From: Gemmatimonadaceae bacterium
GTDB lineage: Bacteria > Gemmatimonadota > Gemmatimonadetes > Gemmatimonadales > Gemmatimonadaceae
DNA length: 64,000 nucleotides
Assembly: GCA_045803545.1 (NCBI GenBank)
Contig: JBJMOW010000005.1
Coordinates: 352,001 to 416,000, forward strand
Direction of reading: 5' to 3'
The position numbers and the translations under genes are program-made. Below, piece after piece: positions 1 through 10,188 of this stretch. How positions within the stretch are numbered: the stretch's first letter is position 1; every line of letters starts with the position of its first letter. Under the pieces are notes generated by a model. It ran no database searches, was not told the DNA's origin, and worked only from the letters and a program-made list of their open reading frames with translations.

Positions 1-2480
1 TGCTCGCGCACCGCGTCGCCCATCGCCTGCAACGCGGGCAGATCAGGCGCGCTCACATTCGCCGCGACGACGCGCACACCGTCAACCATCTGTCCCTGCT
101 CGACGAGATTCCTGATTCCACCCCCGCCGCCGCGCATCGCTTCTTCAACGCGTTTCTCGAGGGTGCGCCGTTCCTCGACGAGAGTCTGCACGCGTTTGAC
201 GACCTGACCGGCAGGCGCTTTGACGAGGGTCTCGATGTCGTGCAGCTCACGCTCCCTCTCGCGGAAAAGCGCCAGCGCCGCGCGACCGGTGACCGCCTCG
301 ATGCGACGCACGCCCGCCGCAACGCCGGTCTCGCTCACGATCTTGAACAGCGCGATCTCGGCGGTATTCCGGACGTGAGTTCCGCCGCACAACTCCATGC
401 TGACACCCGGAACGCTGACGACGCGCACGACCTTGCCGTATTTCTCGCTGAACAGCGACATCGCGCCCGCAGCACGTGCCTCTTCGAGCGACTTCTGCTC
501 GAAGGTGAGATCGACACCGTCGAGGATCTCGCGGTTCACCAGGTTCTCGACTTCGGCGATCTGTTGCGGGCTCATTGGCCCGTGATGCGCGAAATCGAAA
601 CGCAGACGGTCCGGCGCGACGAGCGATCCCTGCTGATGCACGTGCTCGCCGAGCACGGTGCGCAGCGCAGCATGCAGCAAGTGCGTCGCCGTGTGATTGC
701 GTTCAGTGTCACGCCGCCGATCGCGCGGAACAGTCGCGCGTGCGGGCCCCAGCCGAACGGTTCCCGTGCGCTTCCCGAGCGCGGCGATGCGACCATCGAC
801 ACGCCGAACTTCGTCGACTTCAACCCGCCATCCCTCACCCTGAATCTCGCCCTTGTCGGAAATCTGACCCCCAGACTCGACGTAAAACGGAGTCTCGCGC
901 AGCATCACCGCAACACGCCCGTCTGGCAGGTCCTGCTTCGCGATGACACGTGTCTTCACATCGAGCGCTTCGTATCCGACGAATTCCGTGCTGTCGCTGT
1001 CTTCCAAGCCGCTTCCCGCTTCCCGCTTCCCGCTTCCCGCCTCCCGCTCCCACGTCCCTTCGCCAAGTACGTCCGCGGCAATGCCGACTTTCTTGGCGCG
1101 GCGATCTTCCTGCGACATCTCGCGCTGCGCCTGCAACGCCTGCTCGAAGCCAGCGATGTCGACCGAATAGCCGCGCTCGCGCGCCATCAGCTCGGTGAGG
1201 TCGATCGGGAAACCGAAGGTGTCGTAAAGCTTGAACGCGTCCTCGCCCGAGATTGTGCCGTGAATCGCTGTCGATCCCTGCGTTGTTTTCACGGGAGCGA
1301 GCTCATCGAACCGCTTCATGCCGCCTTCGATGGTGGAGAGGAAACGCTCCTCTTCGGCGCGAGTGGTGTCGACGATGTGTTTGGAACGCTGTTTCAATTC
1401 CGGATAGGCATCGCCCATCTCGTTGACGACGACCTTGACGACTTCGACGAGTGTCGGCTGCCGCCTGCCCAGCAACCATGCATGGCGGACCGCTCGGCGC
1501 AGAATCCGGCGCAGGACGTAGCCGCGACCTTCGTTGGATGGGAAGACTCCATCGGCAATGAGGAAAGCGACTGCGCGACTGTGGTCCGCGATGACGCGGA
1601 ACGATGCGCCCTCTTCGCCGCGATCGTATTTCTTGCGAACGGTTTTCTCGACCGTCGCGATGAGCGGCTGGAAGAGATCGTTATGGAAGTTGTTCGATTC
1701 TCCCTGCATGAAAGCGGCGATACGATCGAGCCCCGCACCCGTATCGACCGACGGCTTGGGTAGCGGCACCAGCTTCCCGTTCGACTGCTGATCGAACTGC
1801 ATGAAGACGAGATTCCAGAACTCGAGGAATCGTCCCGCCTCTGCTCCTTCGACGAACGCGTCGAGCGAAAATTCCTTGCGATCGACTTCGGTCCACTCGC
1901 CCCTCGCGCCCTTCGGGAACTTGTAGTCTTTCACAATGTGCGCGAGATCGACGAAGATTTCGCTGCACGGACCGCACGGACCCGTGTCCGCCATCTGCCA
2001 GAAGTTGTCGTGCGCGCCGAGTCCGTAGATGCGCGAGTCAGGAAGCCCCGCGATCTCGCGCCAGAGCGCGCGCGCCTCGTCATCCTCCTTGAAAACGGAA
2101 ACTCGAAGATATTGCGGCGGAAGCTTCAGCTCTTTGGTAACGAACTCCCACGCAAACGTGATCGCATCGCGCTTGAAGTAGTCGCCAAACGAGAAGTTGC
2201 CGAGCATCTCGAAGAACGTGTGGTGTCGCGCGGTATGGCCGACCTGCTCGAGATCGTTGTGCTTCCCGCCCGCCCTGACGCACTTCTGACACGTGGTCGC
2301 GCGCCGTCCGCCCGGGGGCAGCTGCTCGCCGAGGAATACGCGCTTGAACTGCACCATTCCCGCGTTGGTGAACAGCAGCGTCGGATCGTCACCGGGCACG
2401 AGCGAGCTACTCGCGTGGGCGACGTGCCCTTTGCGCTCGAAATACTCGATGAACTTTCGGCGGATCTCGGCGGCTTTCAT
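1..2480 (-). CDS. alaS: Alanine--tRNA ligase (3' end beyond window edge)
   Basis: Absent from ORF track, consistent with no stop in the window. Manual translation of segments from ATG 2480: MKAAEIRRKFIEYF...DPTLLFTNAGMVQFK, HHTFFEMLGNFSFGDYFK, editing-domain motifs RNHTATHLLHAALR and ELCGGTHV. Confidence 0.97.
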   Translation of the reverse strand, partial: MKAAEIRRKFIEYFERKGHVAHASSSLVPGDDPTLLFTNAGMVQFKRVFLGEQLPPGGRRATTCQKCVRAGGKHNDLEQVGHTARHHTFFEMLGNFSFGDYFKRDAITFAWEFVTKELKLPPQYLRVSVFKEDDEARALWREIAGLPDSRIYGLGAHDNFWQMADTGPCGPCSEIFVDLAHIVKDYKFPKGARGEWTEVDRKEFSLDAFVEGAEAGRFLEFWNLVFMQFDQQSNGKLVPLPKPSVDTGAGLDRIAAFMQGESNNFHNDLFQPLIATVEKTVRKKYDRGEEGASFRVIADHSRAVAFLIADGVFPSNEGRGYVLRRILRRAVRHAWLLGRRQPTLVEVVKVVVNEMGDAYPELKQRSKHIVDTTRAEEERFLSTIEGGMKRFDELAPVKTTQGSTAIHGTISGEDAFKLYDTFGFPIDLTELMARERGYSVDIAGFEQALQAQREMSQEDRRAKKVGIAADVLGEGTWEREAGSGKREAGSGLEDSDSTEFVGYEALDVKTRVIAKQDLPDGRVAVMLRETPFYVESGGQISDKGEIQGEGWRVEVDEVRRVDGRIAALGKRTGTVRLGPARATVPRDRRRDTERNHTATHLLHAALRTVLGEHVHQQGSLVAPDRLRFDFAHHGPMSPQQIAEVENLVNREILDGVDLTFEQKSLEEARAAGAMSLFSEKYGKVVRVVSVPGVSMELCGGTHVRNTAEIALFKIVSETGVAAGVRRIEAVTGRAALALFRERERELHDIETLVKAPAGQVVKRVQTLVEERRTLEKRVEEAMRGGGGGIRNLVEQGQMVDGVRVVAANVSAPDLPALQAMGDAVRE
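1010..1051. repeat. Heptamer tandem array (CGCTTCC) x6, in-frame in alaS
   Basis: cgcttcc x4, cgcctcc, cgctccc; reads EREAGSGKREAGSG in AlaRS. Confidence 0.9.
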
Positions 2481-2548
2481 CCGCTGTAATATACGCGACG
2501 CTGGTGGCGCTTCGAATGCATCGCTTCACAGGATCGGCGCGGTGTCCT

Positions 2549-2891
2549 CTGCGCGCCGAATCTCGCCTTTTCGGTGGCTTGGGTTTCGTCTAGTCCTTGA
2601 GCGCGTCCGTGGCTCGCGTTAATCGCGATCCGATACCGCGCTCGAAGGTCGGCGCTACGAGGACACCCCGCCTCCTGTATAGCGTCGCAACCGCGGCGCG
2701 CAGCGCCGCGGTTAGTGACGAGGCGCCGCCGCGATCCGCCTCTTACGCGAGACCTTGGTGGGAAGGCGCAGCGGAGGCTCGGAGGCGCGGACCTTCGAGC
2801 GATGTATCGGATCGCGATTCGCACGAGCCACTGAGACGCTCAAGGACTAGACGCAACCCGAGCCACCGAAAAGGCGAGATTCGGCGCGCAG
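2549..2891. repeat. Long inverted-repeat element (107-bp arms, 11 mismatches) between recX and alaS
   Basis: 2549-2655 is reverse-complementary to 2785-2891; inner hairpin aaccgcggcgc/gcgccgcggtt in the loop. Confidence 0.9.
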
Positions 2892-2923
2892 CAGCCCCCG
2901 CTGCGCCTGACCCGCACCAATCT

Positions 2924-3385
2924 CTACGTAAGACTGCCGATCACGCGTCTGATTTCGTCGAGATCATACCCGCGGCGCGCGAGAAACGCGAACAGCCGGC
3001 GACGCAAGACAAGAGGCTCGAGATCTCCGAGCTGCGCGAGCCTTTTCCGAGCGACCCCCTCGACGACCGCCGCAGTGTCGATCTCTTCGTCAGCAACGAC
3101 TTTGTCGATGGCAGTCGCGGCGATCTCGCCCTTGATCCCCTTGCGATATAAATCCTGGGTGAGCCGGCGCTTGGACGCGCCCGTCGCGAGCATTTTCGAC
3201 CGCGCGTACTGCTCGGCGAATTTGGCGTCGTCGAGGAGCCCGTTAGCAACAAGGCGGCGGATCGCATCGTCTGCGTCCGCCGCCAGGTATTCCTTCTGAA
3301 TCAGTTTCCTGTACAGCGCGCGCGTCGAATACGGGCGCGCTCCCAGGAGGTTCAGCGCGTAGTTGTACGCACTGACGCGGTTCAA
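2924..3385 (-). CDS. recX: Regulatory protein RecX
   Basis: [30 protein letters not shown]; overlaps recA stop. Confidence 0.92.
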   Translation of the reverse strand: MNRVSAYNYALNLLGARPYSTRALYRKLIQKEYLAADADDAIRRLVANGLLDDAKFAEQYARSKMLATGASKRRLTQDLYRKGIKGEIAATAIDKVVADEEIDTAAVVEGVARKRLAQLGDLEPLVLRRRLFAFLARRGYDLDEIRRVIGSLT

Positions 3386-4428
3386 TCCGCCAGCTCGACC
3401 TCGGTCTCGGCACCGACCGGAGGACGAATGCCGAGTACGGTCTTCACCTTCTCCTCGACCTCGGCGAGCAGAGCCGGATTGTCCTTGAGATACATCTTCG
3501 CATTCTCACGACCCTGGCCGATTCGCTGCGCACCGTAGCTGTACCAGGCACCCGACTTGTCGATGATGCCGGACTCGGCAGCGATATCGAGCACGAGCGA
3601 GGCGTGGCTGATGCCCTCGGCGTACATGATGTCGAACTCGGCCTGCTTGAACGGCGGCGCGACCTTGTTCTTCACGACCTTGACTCGCACGTGCGAGCCG
3701 ATCACGTCTTCTTTTTCTTTGACCGGAGCAATGCGACGGATGTCGAGACGGACCGATGCGTAGAACTTGAGCGCCTTGCCACCGGTCGTCGTCTCGGGAT
3801 TTCCGAACATGACGCCGATCTTCTCGCGCAGCTGGTTGATGAAAATGACTGAGGTCTTGGAGCGAGCGATCGCACCGGTCAGCTTGCGCAGCGCCTGGCT
3901 CATAAGACGAGCCTGGAGTCCCATGTGGGACTCGCCCATGTCGCCTTCGATTTCCGCCTTCGGAACCAGCGCGGCAACCGAGTCGATCACGATCACGTCG
4001 ACAGCACCTGAGCGAACGAGAATCTCGCAGATCTCGAGCGCCTGCTCACCGGTGTCGGGCTGAGACACGAGGAGGCTCTCGACGTCGACGCCCAGCTTGG
4101 CAGCGTAGTCGGTGTCGAGCGCGTGCTCGGCGTCGATGTAGGCGGCCACTCCGCCCGCGCGCTGGGCGTTGGCAACGACGTGGAGACAGAGCGTCGTCTT
4201 GCCGCTCGACTCCGGACCGTAGATCTCAGTGACACGGCCGCGGGGAATCCCGCCGACGCCGATCGCAGCGTCGAGGTTGATGGCGCCCGTAGGAATCGCC
4301 TCAACGCGAACCCGCGCATCAGCCGATCCCATCTTCATGATGGCGCCCTTGCCGCAATTCTTTTCGATCTGCGCAATCGCCAGGTTCAACGCCTTTTTCT
4401 TGTCTTCGTTAACCGTGGATACAGCCAT
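3382..4428 (-). CDS. recA: Recombinase RecA
   Basis: Walker [40 protein letters not shown]. Confidence 0.99.
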   Translation of the reverse strand: MAVSTVNEDKKKALNLAIAQIEKNCGKGAIMKMGSADARVRVEAIPTGAINLDAAIGVGGIPRGRVTEIYGPESSGKTTLCLHVVANAQRAGGVAAYIDAEHALDTDYAAKLGVDVESLLVSQPDTGEQALEICEILVRSGAVDVIVIDSVAALVPKAEIEGDMGESHMGLQARLMSQALRKLTGAIARSKTSVIFINQLREKIGVMFGNPETTTGGKALKFYASVRLDIRRIAPVKEKEDVIGSHVRVKVVKNKVAPPFKQAEFDIMYAEGISHASLVLDIAAESGIIDKSGAWYSYGAQRIGQGRENAKMYLKDNPALLAEVEEKVKTVLGIRPPVGAETEVELAD

Positions 4429-4483
4429 TATTCACCCTTTAGTTTGACGTTTGGACTTGGCTTTCCCGGCCAGCAAGGTACCC

Positions 4484-4516
4484 GAACAAAATACGAAAAT
4501 ACTGCCTTGGCAGCAA
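4484..4516 (-). promoter_or_regulatory. Putative sigma70 promoter of recA with overlapping candidate LexA box
   Basis: TTGCTG (4516-4511), 17 nt, TATTTT (4493-4488); TTTC-N7-GTTC at 4498-4484. Confidence 0.45.
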
Positions 4517-4555
4517 GGATTTGGCTGAAATTTCTTCAGGTAAAATCAATCGAGC

Positions 4556-4948
4556 TCATCGCTGATTTCCGTGCAGAAGGAAGGCGTTCTCGACGTGTTG
4601 GACCCGCACCGCCTCTGCCCCAAGAATGACCCCGATCACGTCGAATCGGAAGGTATCGCCCGGGCGCTCAAATCGAGAGATCCAAATCTTTGCCGAACGG
4701 CTCAGCTCACGCTGCTTTCGCCAATTCACGGCGCCGATCGGACCTCCAAAGGTATCGCTCGCCCGCGTCTTCACTTCGACGAAGGCGACGGTCCGATTGG
4801 AGTCGTGCTCAGGGCGCGATGCGACGAGATCGATATCGCGATGGCCGTTCCGGAAGCGATGTTCGACGATGTTCCAGCCGTGCACCCTTAGCCATCTCGC
4901 GGCAACGCGCTCGCCTTTCATTCCCATCGTTTGTCGCGCTTTTGTCAT
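4556..4948 (-). CDS. yraN: YraN family (UPF0102) putative endonuclease
   Basis: GERVAARWL, DIDLVA, AFVEVKTR, RFDVI; ATG 4948 preferred. Confidence 0.9.
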   Translation of the reverse strand: MTKARQTMGMKGERVAARWLRVHGWNIVEHRFRNGHRDIDLVASRPEHDSNRTVAFVEVKTRASDTFGGPIGAVNWRKQRELSRSAKIWISRFERPGDTFRFDVIGVILGAEAVRVQHVENAFLLHGNQR

Positions 4949-5144
4949 GAATCGCAAAGTAGAGCGTTCCATTTATCCACCAAACATCCATTCGCGTCGA
5001 ACAACATCACGAACCGGCGCGTAGTTCTAGTGAGGGATATCCCTTGTTTTTTTCATTCGAGAAAAACGGGAACTGATGTGGGGTACCGCCCCGACATCGA
5101 AGCCTTTATTATCGCGGACTCATCTACTCACTTCGGTGATAAAA

Positions 5145-5762
5145 ATGAACAAGGAAGACGCGCCGGAAATCATCAGGGTAGTGATGGTGGAAGCGAGCGA
5201 GGATGACGCAGCGAAGATCCTCGATGTGCTGCGCGAAGCGGGAATGAAGATCGAATTCGAGCGGGTTCAGTCGGAAAACGAGCTCGCCAGCGCGCTAAAG
5301 GAATTCAAGCCCGACGTGGTGCTGTCAGAGTACTCGCTTCCAACCATCGAGTACCGCGACACCATCAAAGTCGTGCAAGCACTGCGGCCGCGCACGCCGG
5401 TGATCCTTGTCGGGGGAAAGCTGCGCAATGAGGACGCGGGGTCCTGTGTGCGAGCGGGTGCTGACAGCTTCGTCTCGAAGCTCAACCTGTTCGTCCTGCC
5501 TCTCGCAGTGCGCTCCGCCATTGAAGCACGCGCACCCCTGTTCAAGCTGACAACGCGACAGATGGAAGTGATGCGGCTGGTCGCCAGCGGTTATCGCACG
5601 CGTGAAGTCGCCAAGGCGCTCAAGCTGAGCGAAAAGACCGTCGAGACCCACCGGCATCAGTTGATGCGCAAGCTCGGTCTCGAGAGCACAGCCGGATTGG
5701 TTCGCTACGCGATGCGCTGCGGCTTCGCCATCGTCACGCCGCTGGTCGCGCTGCCGCAATAA
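5145..5762 (+). CDS. NarL/LuxR-family response regulator with atypical receiver
   Basis: REC-like N-terminus plus LuxR HTH (LTTRQMEVMRL, LSEKTVETHR, LMRKLG). Confidence 0.88.
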   Translation: MNKEDAPEIIRVVMVEASEDDAAKILDVLREAGMKIEFERVQSENELASALKEFKPDVVLSEYSLPTIEYRDTIKVVQALRPRTPVILVGGKLRNEDAGSCVRAGADSFVSKLNLFVLPLAVRSAIEARAPLFKLTTRQMEVMRLVASGYRTREVAKALKLSEKTVETHRHQLMRKLGLESTAGLVRYAMRCGFAIVTPLVALPQ

Positions 5763-5797
5763 CGCGCCGTCGCTCGCACGAAGCGGCGCGCGGGAAG

Positions 5798-7282
5798 TCA
5801 GGTTGGCGGCGCTGAGTACGGCTGGGTGATGCGCGTCTGGGTTGTGAACTGAGTCGTATCGAAACGCGCCATCTCGCTGGTCCACACGGGCAACGCAAAG
5901 CTGAAGACGCTGCCCTTCCCCTCTTCGCTGTCGACGGTGATCGAGCCGCCGTGCGCTTCGACGATTCCCCGCGCGATCGCCAGACCGAGTCCGACGCCGC
6001 GCCCATCGCCACGCTTGGCCTGCCAGAACTTTCCGAACAGTCGCGGAATCTGCGCCGATGGAATTCCCGGCCCATTATCAGCGACCGAGCACATGATTTT
6101 CCCATCGTCGCGCGCCGCCGACAACGTGATCGCACCGCCAGACGGCGTGAACTTCACCGCGTTGCCAACCAGATTCGAGAATACCTGCAGCACTCGCGAT
6201 GAATCTGCGCGGACCGCCGGTAGATCCGCGGCTGCGCTCACCGTGAGGGTGATCGACTTCTCACGCGCAATTGGCTCCAGCAGCTCACACGCCTCATGCA
6301 ACAGCTCGTTGACCGAGACGCGCTTGGGCGCAATCGACAGGCGTCCTGCCTCGATCGTCGTCACGCTGAGCAGATCCTGAATCAGTCGATTCATGCGCTC
6401 ACCTGATCGTTTGACAATCCTGAGCTGACTCGCGCGCGCGGCCTCCTGTTTGGTGTCCTCCAGCATCAGGTCCGTCGCCATCGAGATGGTGTTCAGCGGA
6501 TTGCGCAGATCGTGCGCGACGATGCGCAGTATTTCCTCGCGGGCGTCGATGATGCGCTCCGACTCGCCCAACATTTTGTCGAGCGTGACGCGATGCACTT
6601 CGTTGGTCACCACTCGGCGGATCATCTCCGTCACATAAAACGCCAGAACTCCTGCGAACGCGACGGCGACGAGAGACCCACCCGCTGCCGCCAACGGTAA
6701 CCAACCGAACGCCGCAGACAGGAGCAATGCGAACGCGCCGAGTCCGGTGCTGATCTCCACCGCCCGGCGCGTCAGCCTGAAGGCGCCGGTGAAAGCGAGC
6801 ACGATGCAAAGTGCCGCAAACGTCGCCGAGAGTCCTGGCGGGCGGGTAAACGGGTCGGTGCCGAACTGGCTCACGGCGAAACCGATGAGAAGGAGCGACG
6901 CATCGGCGATCGGAAACGCGCGCCTGACCCACGGCCGATACCAGTCGCGACGCAACAGCATCAGGATCGCCGCCGAAAAAGTCATCCATCCGAGGGCCGC
7001 ACCGAGAGACCCAGTGGTAGGCGGAGCAATGCTGGTGATATCGGAGAGCAACAATCGCCCGAACACGAACAGGGAGAACACCCCTGCCGCACCGACTCTG
7101 AGATACGCGAGTCTTAGCTCGGCGCGGCGTGCTTCGTCGAGAAGCGATTTCTCGATCGCGCGCGCGAGCTGCGTCTCGTCCTGCTTGGCGCGCAGTTGCA
7201 TGCGCACCGATTCGGCGATCTCGGCGGCGAGTGCAGCCCGCGAGTCGTTCAGATTGACGGGCCTGTCATTTCGGAACTTCAT
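5798..7282 (-). CDS. Membrane sensor histidine kinase
   Basis: Several TM segments; H-box AHDLRNPL, N-box NLVGNAVKF, DNGPG, GVGLGLAI; start uncertain. Confidence 0.92.
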   Translation of the reverse strand: MKFRNDRPVNLNDSRAALAAEIAESVRMQLRAKQDETQLARAIEKSLLDEARRAELRLAYLRVGAAGVFSLFVFGRLLLSDITSIAPPTTGSLGAALGWMTFSAAILMLLRRDWYRPWVRRAFPIADASLLLIGFAVSQFGTDPFTRPPGLSATFAALCIVLAFTGAFRLTRRAVEISTGLGAFALLLSAAFGWLPLAAAGGSLVAVAFAGVLAFYVTEMIRRVVTNEVHRVTLDKMLGESERIIDAREEILRIVAHDLRNPLNTISMATDLMLEDTKQEAARASQLRIVKRSGERMNRLIQDLLSVTTIEAGRLSIAPKRVSVNELLHEACELLEPIAREKSITLTVSAAADLPAVRADSSRVLQVFSNLVGNAVKFTPSGGAITLSAARDDGKIMCSVADNGPGIPSAQIPRLFGKFWQAKRGDGRGVGLGLAIARGIVEAHGGSITVDSEEGKGSVFSFALPVWTSEMARFDTTQFTTQTRITQPYSAPPT

Positions 7283-7511
7283 GTCAGCGATATACGGATA
7301 GAGCTTGTTAGCGGCTACTATATGAGCCTTTCGCCCTGGCCGCCAGCCAAAGCAGATGGACACTAGTCCCAAACGGCACCGCGTTTCGAGGGTCAGAAAA
7401 GCGAAACCGTGAGGCGCGGAGTGCGCCTCAGAATTCTCTGGCGAGGCTTAACCGGGACTACTATAGTGTACCTCCGCCCAAACATCTGGGGCACCATAGA
7501 GGTAGGGCAGG

Positions 7512-10058
7512 TTGTCCACGTCCCTAGACACGCTGCAGCTGTCCCTGACTGACCGGTATACCATCGAGCGTCAAATCGGGCGCGGTGGTATGGCAACGGT
7601 CTACCTTGCGACCGACGCAAAAGTCGGTCGACGCGTGGCGATCAAAGTACTGCTGCCAGACCTGGCGGCCGCCGTCGGCGGGGAGCGTTTCCATCGCGAA
7701 ATCCAGATCGCGACGCACCTCACACATCCGAACATCCTTCCGATCTACGATTCCGGCGAGGCGGACAGTACCCTGTACTACGTGATGCCGTTCGTCGAAG
7801 GCGAGTCGTTAAGGGACCGCCTGACTCGCGAGCGCCAGCTCGCAATCGATGACGCGATCCGCATCACATGCCAGGTCGCAAGCGGTCTCGACCATGCGCA
7901 CCGAGCCAACATTATTCACCGCGATATAAAGCCCGAGAATATTCTTCTCGAGTCGGGTCAGGCAGTCATCGCTGACTTCGGCATCGCACGCGCGGTGACC
8001 AGCGTCACCGACTACAACACGCTGACCGGTACCGGAATCTCGCTTGGGACTCCGACCTACATGAGTCCCGAGCAGGCGATGGGCGAGCGCAATCTGGATG
8101 GTCGCACGGACCAGTACGCACTTGCGTGTGTCGCATATGAGATGCTCGCCGGCCAGCCGCCGTTTACCGCTTCTACGATGCAGGCGATAGTCGCGCGTCA
8201 CGTCGCGGAGGATGCGCCGTTGATCACGACTGTGCGTCCCGCCGTGCCCGACGAGGTTGAAGACGTCATACTGCGCGCCCTTGAGAAAGTGCCCGCTGAC
8301 CGCTTCCCGACGATCGGGCAGTTTGCTGAAGCGCTCGCGGACGCCGCCTCCGTCACGATCACGAGGCCACGGCGCGCGACAGGGTCGCGAACCCTGCGTG
8401 GTACACGCTCGAACCGGGCTTTTCGAAAGAGACCGTGGTCCTCAAAGAAGCGAGTAGCCGCGGTGGCGACAGCGGTGCTGCTCGTCGCAGGGACTGCCGC
8501 CGCCGGCATTTGGGCGTGGCCGCGACCAGCGTCCTCCTCAGTTCCCGCTGACGGCTCGTTCAACCCAAAGCGGATTGCCGTGCTCTACTTCGCCGACGAA
8601 AGTCGCGGTAACCAATTCGGATACCTCGCCGACGCGCTAACGGAATCTCTCATCGGAGAACTCGATCAGGTCAGGGCGTTGGACGTCATTTCAAAAAACG
8701 GCGTTGCCCCGTTCCGTGGATCAAATACCGATGTCGACAGCGTAGCGGCCGCATTGCGCGCAGGAACGATCGTACGCGGCAGCATTGAGGGTGTTGGCGA
8801 CCACGTCCACGTAACATTCCGACTCATCGACGGGAACAGCGGCGCCGAGTATGATCGGGCGGGCGTTGACGCCTCAGTCGCCGGCGCGTTGCGCGCACCG
8901 CGAGCAGTCGCCGAGAAAGTGGCCGACCTGCTTCGAGAACGCCTCGGCCCCGAAGTACGATTGCGTGAAGAGCGGCTTGGAACGACTAATCCCGACGCCT
9001 GGTCCCTCGTGCAAAGAGCGGAGAAGACTGGAAAAGAGGCGTTGGCATTGGTGAAGTCGGACAGCGGCAGCGCCGGCATGCAACGCTTCGCTGATGCCGA
9101 CTCACTGCTTGCGAGAGCGGAAGTGCTGGATCCAAAGTGGTCCGTGCCGCCGAGCACGCGAGGGAGGCTTGCCTTACGCGAGATCACCAGCACCGAAGAT
9201 GGTTTGCGTAGATCACAGCTGGTCGCAACGGGGCTGGAACACGCACAGCGCGCGCTGACACTGGATCCGCGAAGCGCGGAGGCCTACGAGGTACGAGGTA
9301 CGCTGCGCTATTACAAGAGACAGTTGGGTCTGGCTCCAGATCCCACCGAGGCGGCTGACTTGTTGCGCACCGCGGAGGAAGATCTGCGGAAGGCAACGAC
9401 GCTTGACGAGTCGCGTGCTTCGGCGTGGAATACGCTGAGCGCGCTGCTGTACCAGAAATTCAATCGCGTCGAGTCGAACCTCGCGGCGCGGCGTGCCTAT
9501 GAGGCTGATGCATATCTGTCGTCGGCGCCGGAGATAATCTGGCGCCTCTACGCCACATCGTATGACCTCGAGCAGTTCGTAGACGCGTCCCAGTGGTGCG
9601 ACGTGGGCCACAAGCGGTATCCGGCTGACCCACGATTCTTTGAATGTCAGATGTGGCTGCAGACCACGAATATTCGGCCACCGAATGTGGCCGAAGAGTG
9701 GCGGCTGCTCGGAGAGGTGCAGAAGCTGACGCCGAAGAGCGAGTGGGCGTTAGAGGGTCGGCAGATGACGATGGTTGTTGCGGTGCCAATCGCGCGCGCA
9801 GGAATGATCGATAGCGCGCGTCGCGTCATCGTCAGAGCCCGCGCAGGGCCGGACGTGGACCCCAGAGGCGAGTTGACCGGTGCGGAGGTAGTCATCCGGG
9901 CGCTGATTGGCGACAAGGAAGAGGCGCTCAATCGGCTCAAGATCTATCTCACCGCTCACCCCGAACACCGACTTGGATATACGCGCCACCGAACCTGGTG
10001 GTACCGCTCACTTCAGGACGATCCGCGCTTCAAGGCAATAGTTGGAAACGGGGAGTAA
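7512..10058 (+). CDS. Hanks-type Ser/Thr kinase with TM helix, TolB-N-like domain and TPR-like repeats
   Basis: GRGGMATV, VAIK, HRDIKPEN, DFG, GTPTYMSPEQ; TM VAAVATAVLLVAGTAAAGIW; RIAVLYF motif. Confidence 0.93.
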   Translation: MSTSLDTLQLSLTDRYTIERQIGRGGMATVYLATDAKVGRRVAIKVLLPDLAAAVGGERFHREIQIATHLTHPNILPIYDSGEADSTLYYVMPFVEGESLRDRLTRERQLAIDDAIRITCQVASGLDHAHRANIIHRDIKPENILLESGQAVIADFGIARAVTSVTDYNTLTGTGISLGTPTYMSPEQAMGERNLDGRTDQYALACVAYEMLAGQPPFTASTMQAIVARHVAEDAPLITTVRPAVPDEVEDVILRALEKVPADRFPTIGQFAEALADAASVTITRPRRATGSRTLRGTRSNRAFRKRPWSSKKRVAAVATAVLLVAGTAAAGIWAWPRPASSSVPADGSFNPKRIAVLYFADESRGNQFGYLADALTESLIGELDQVRALDVISKNGVAPFRGSNTDVDSVAAALRAGTIVRGSIEGVGDHVHVTFRLIDGNSGAEYDRAGVDASVAGALRAPRAVAEKVADLLRERLGPEVRLREERLGTTNPDAWSLVQRAEKTGKEALALVKSDSGSAGMQRFADADSLLARAEVLDPKWSVPPSTRGRLALREITSTEDGLRRSQLVATGLEHAQRALTLDPRSAEAYEVRGTLRYYKRQLGLAPDPTEAADLLRTAEEDLRKATTLDESRASAWNTLSALLYQKFNRVESNLAARRAYEADAYLSSAPEIIWRLYATSYDLEQFVDASQWCDVGHKRYPADPRFFECQMWLQTTNIRPPNVAEEWRLLGEVQKLTPKSEWALEGRQMTMVVAVPIARAGMIDSARRVIVRARAGPDVDPRGELTGAEVVIRALIGDKEEALNRLKIYLTAHPEHRLGYTRHRTWWYRSLQDDPRFKAIVGNGE

Positions 10059-10188
10059 TTCCGCGTCGCTATTGCAGGCGTAATAGCAGCTGCTATCTCC
10101 GCAATTTTTTGTGCGAGATCGAGGGACATGGATTCAAGTTCGGTCGGATTTACCGCGTAGGGGGCATCGCCCCCGAGGAGGTTCTGTG

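Noticed and set aside
240..2489. + strand ORFs 240-1763 and 1938-2489
   Set aside because: Antisense shadows of alaS, which carries the diagnostic motifs.
2490..2920. tmRNA, RNase P RNA or T-box upstream of alaS
   Set aside because: No diagnostic sequence signatures seen.
2477..3151. ORFs 2477-2824 (-) and 2597-3151 (+)
   Set aside because: Arg/Ala/Pro-rich without motifs; the region is explained by the inverted repeat and recX.
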